Shown: positions 31,749 to 32,000 of the stretch, one piece after another
Position numbering within the stretch: the first letter of the stretch is position 1
Layout: each line of letters begins with the position of its first letter
NCBI GenBank assembly: GCA_004284765.1
Contig: NQJD01000009.1
Span: 30,001-62,000 of the forward strand
Direction: 5' to 3'
Length of the DNA stretch: 32,000 nt
From: Candidatus Electronema aureum
Lineage (GTDB): Bacteria; Desulfobacterota; Desulfobulbia; Desulfobulbales; Desulfobulbaceae
The notes under the pieces: model-generated
Database searches by the model: none
What the model was told of the DNA's origin: nothing
The model's input: the letters and a program-made list of their open reading frames with translations, nothing else
Made by a program: the position numbers and the translations under genes

Positions 31749-32000
31749 ATGGGTTTCCAGTGCGGTATTGTCGGCCTACCTAACGTAGGTAAATCAACTA
31801 TTTTCAATGCGTTAACCGCAGCAGCAATTGCAGCGGAGAATTACCCTTTCTGCACCATCGAACCCAATGTAGGCGTAGTACCGGTACCAGATAAGCGCTT
31901 AGATATCCTTTCTGCGTTGGCTAAAACCCGCAAAACCGTGCCAACTCAGATGGAATTCGTGGACATCGCGGGCTTGGTCAAGGGTGCCTCGCAAGGTGAA
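31749..32000 (+). CDS. ychF: Redox-regulated ribosome-binding ATPase YchF, 3' end truncated by the window edge
   Basis: [41 protein letters not shown] and [15 protein letters not shown]. The frame stays open to nt 32000. This ORF is absent from the supplied track because it has no stop. Confidence 0.9.
   Translation, partial: MGFQCGIVGLPNVGKSTIFNALTAAAIAAENYPFCTIEPNVGVVPVPDKRLDILSALAKTRKTVPTQMEFVDIAGLVKGASQGE

Overview
This is a 32-kb chromosomal window with 32 supported protein-coding genes, 30 complete and 2 cut by the window edges. I saw no rRNA, tRNA, CRISPR array, transposase or integrase. All calls rest on motif and synteny recognition by eye; no database search, HMM or folding program was run.

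Gene content suggests an anaerobic Gram-negative, Desulfobacterota-like organism (inference only). The relevant genes are anaerobic cobaltochelatase CbiK, CooT- and CooC-type nickel chaperones, two radical-SAM enzymes, a PilT ATPase, MinCDE and the LPS genes kdsD and waaF.

Housekeeping backbone: rpsA-ihfB, tsaC, kdsD, a yhdH-like reductase, birA, dnaN, minCDE, folC, waaF, ygiQ and ychF.

Items that stand out:
1. An AT-rich islet wedged between GC-rich core genes encodes a TIR-domain, single-pass membrane protein (15090..16385, minus strand).
2. An 883-aa membrane protein has an N-terminus that looks like a ubiquitin-conjugating E2 fold lacking the catalytic Cys, i.e. UEV-like (9950..12601).
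3. A tandem pair of secreted, extremely Met/Gly/Asn/Gln-rich proteins shares an unrecognised conserved core (2..1633).
4. A cluster of eight DnaA-box-like 9-mers plus an AT-rich patch lies in the divergent intergenic region upstream of dnaN. No dnaA is present, so this is a candidate oriC (18312..18653).
5. A 182-bp dyad-symmetric element holds six palindromic 12-mers at an exact 23-bp period, bracketed by two copies of a perfect palindrome (31333..31514).
6. A CooT-like gene is coupled to a His-tailed helical protein, and a CooC-like ATPase lies elsewhere in the window, with no CODH or hydrogenase visible.
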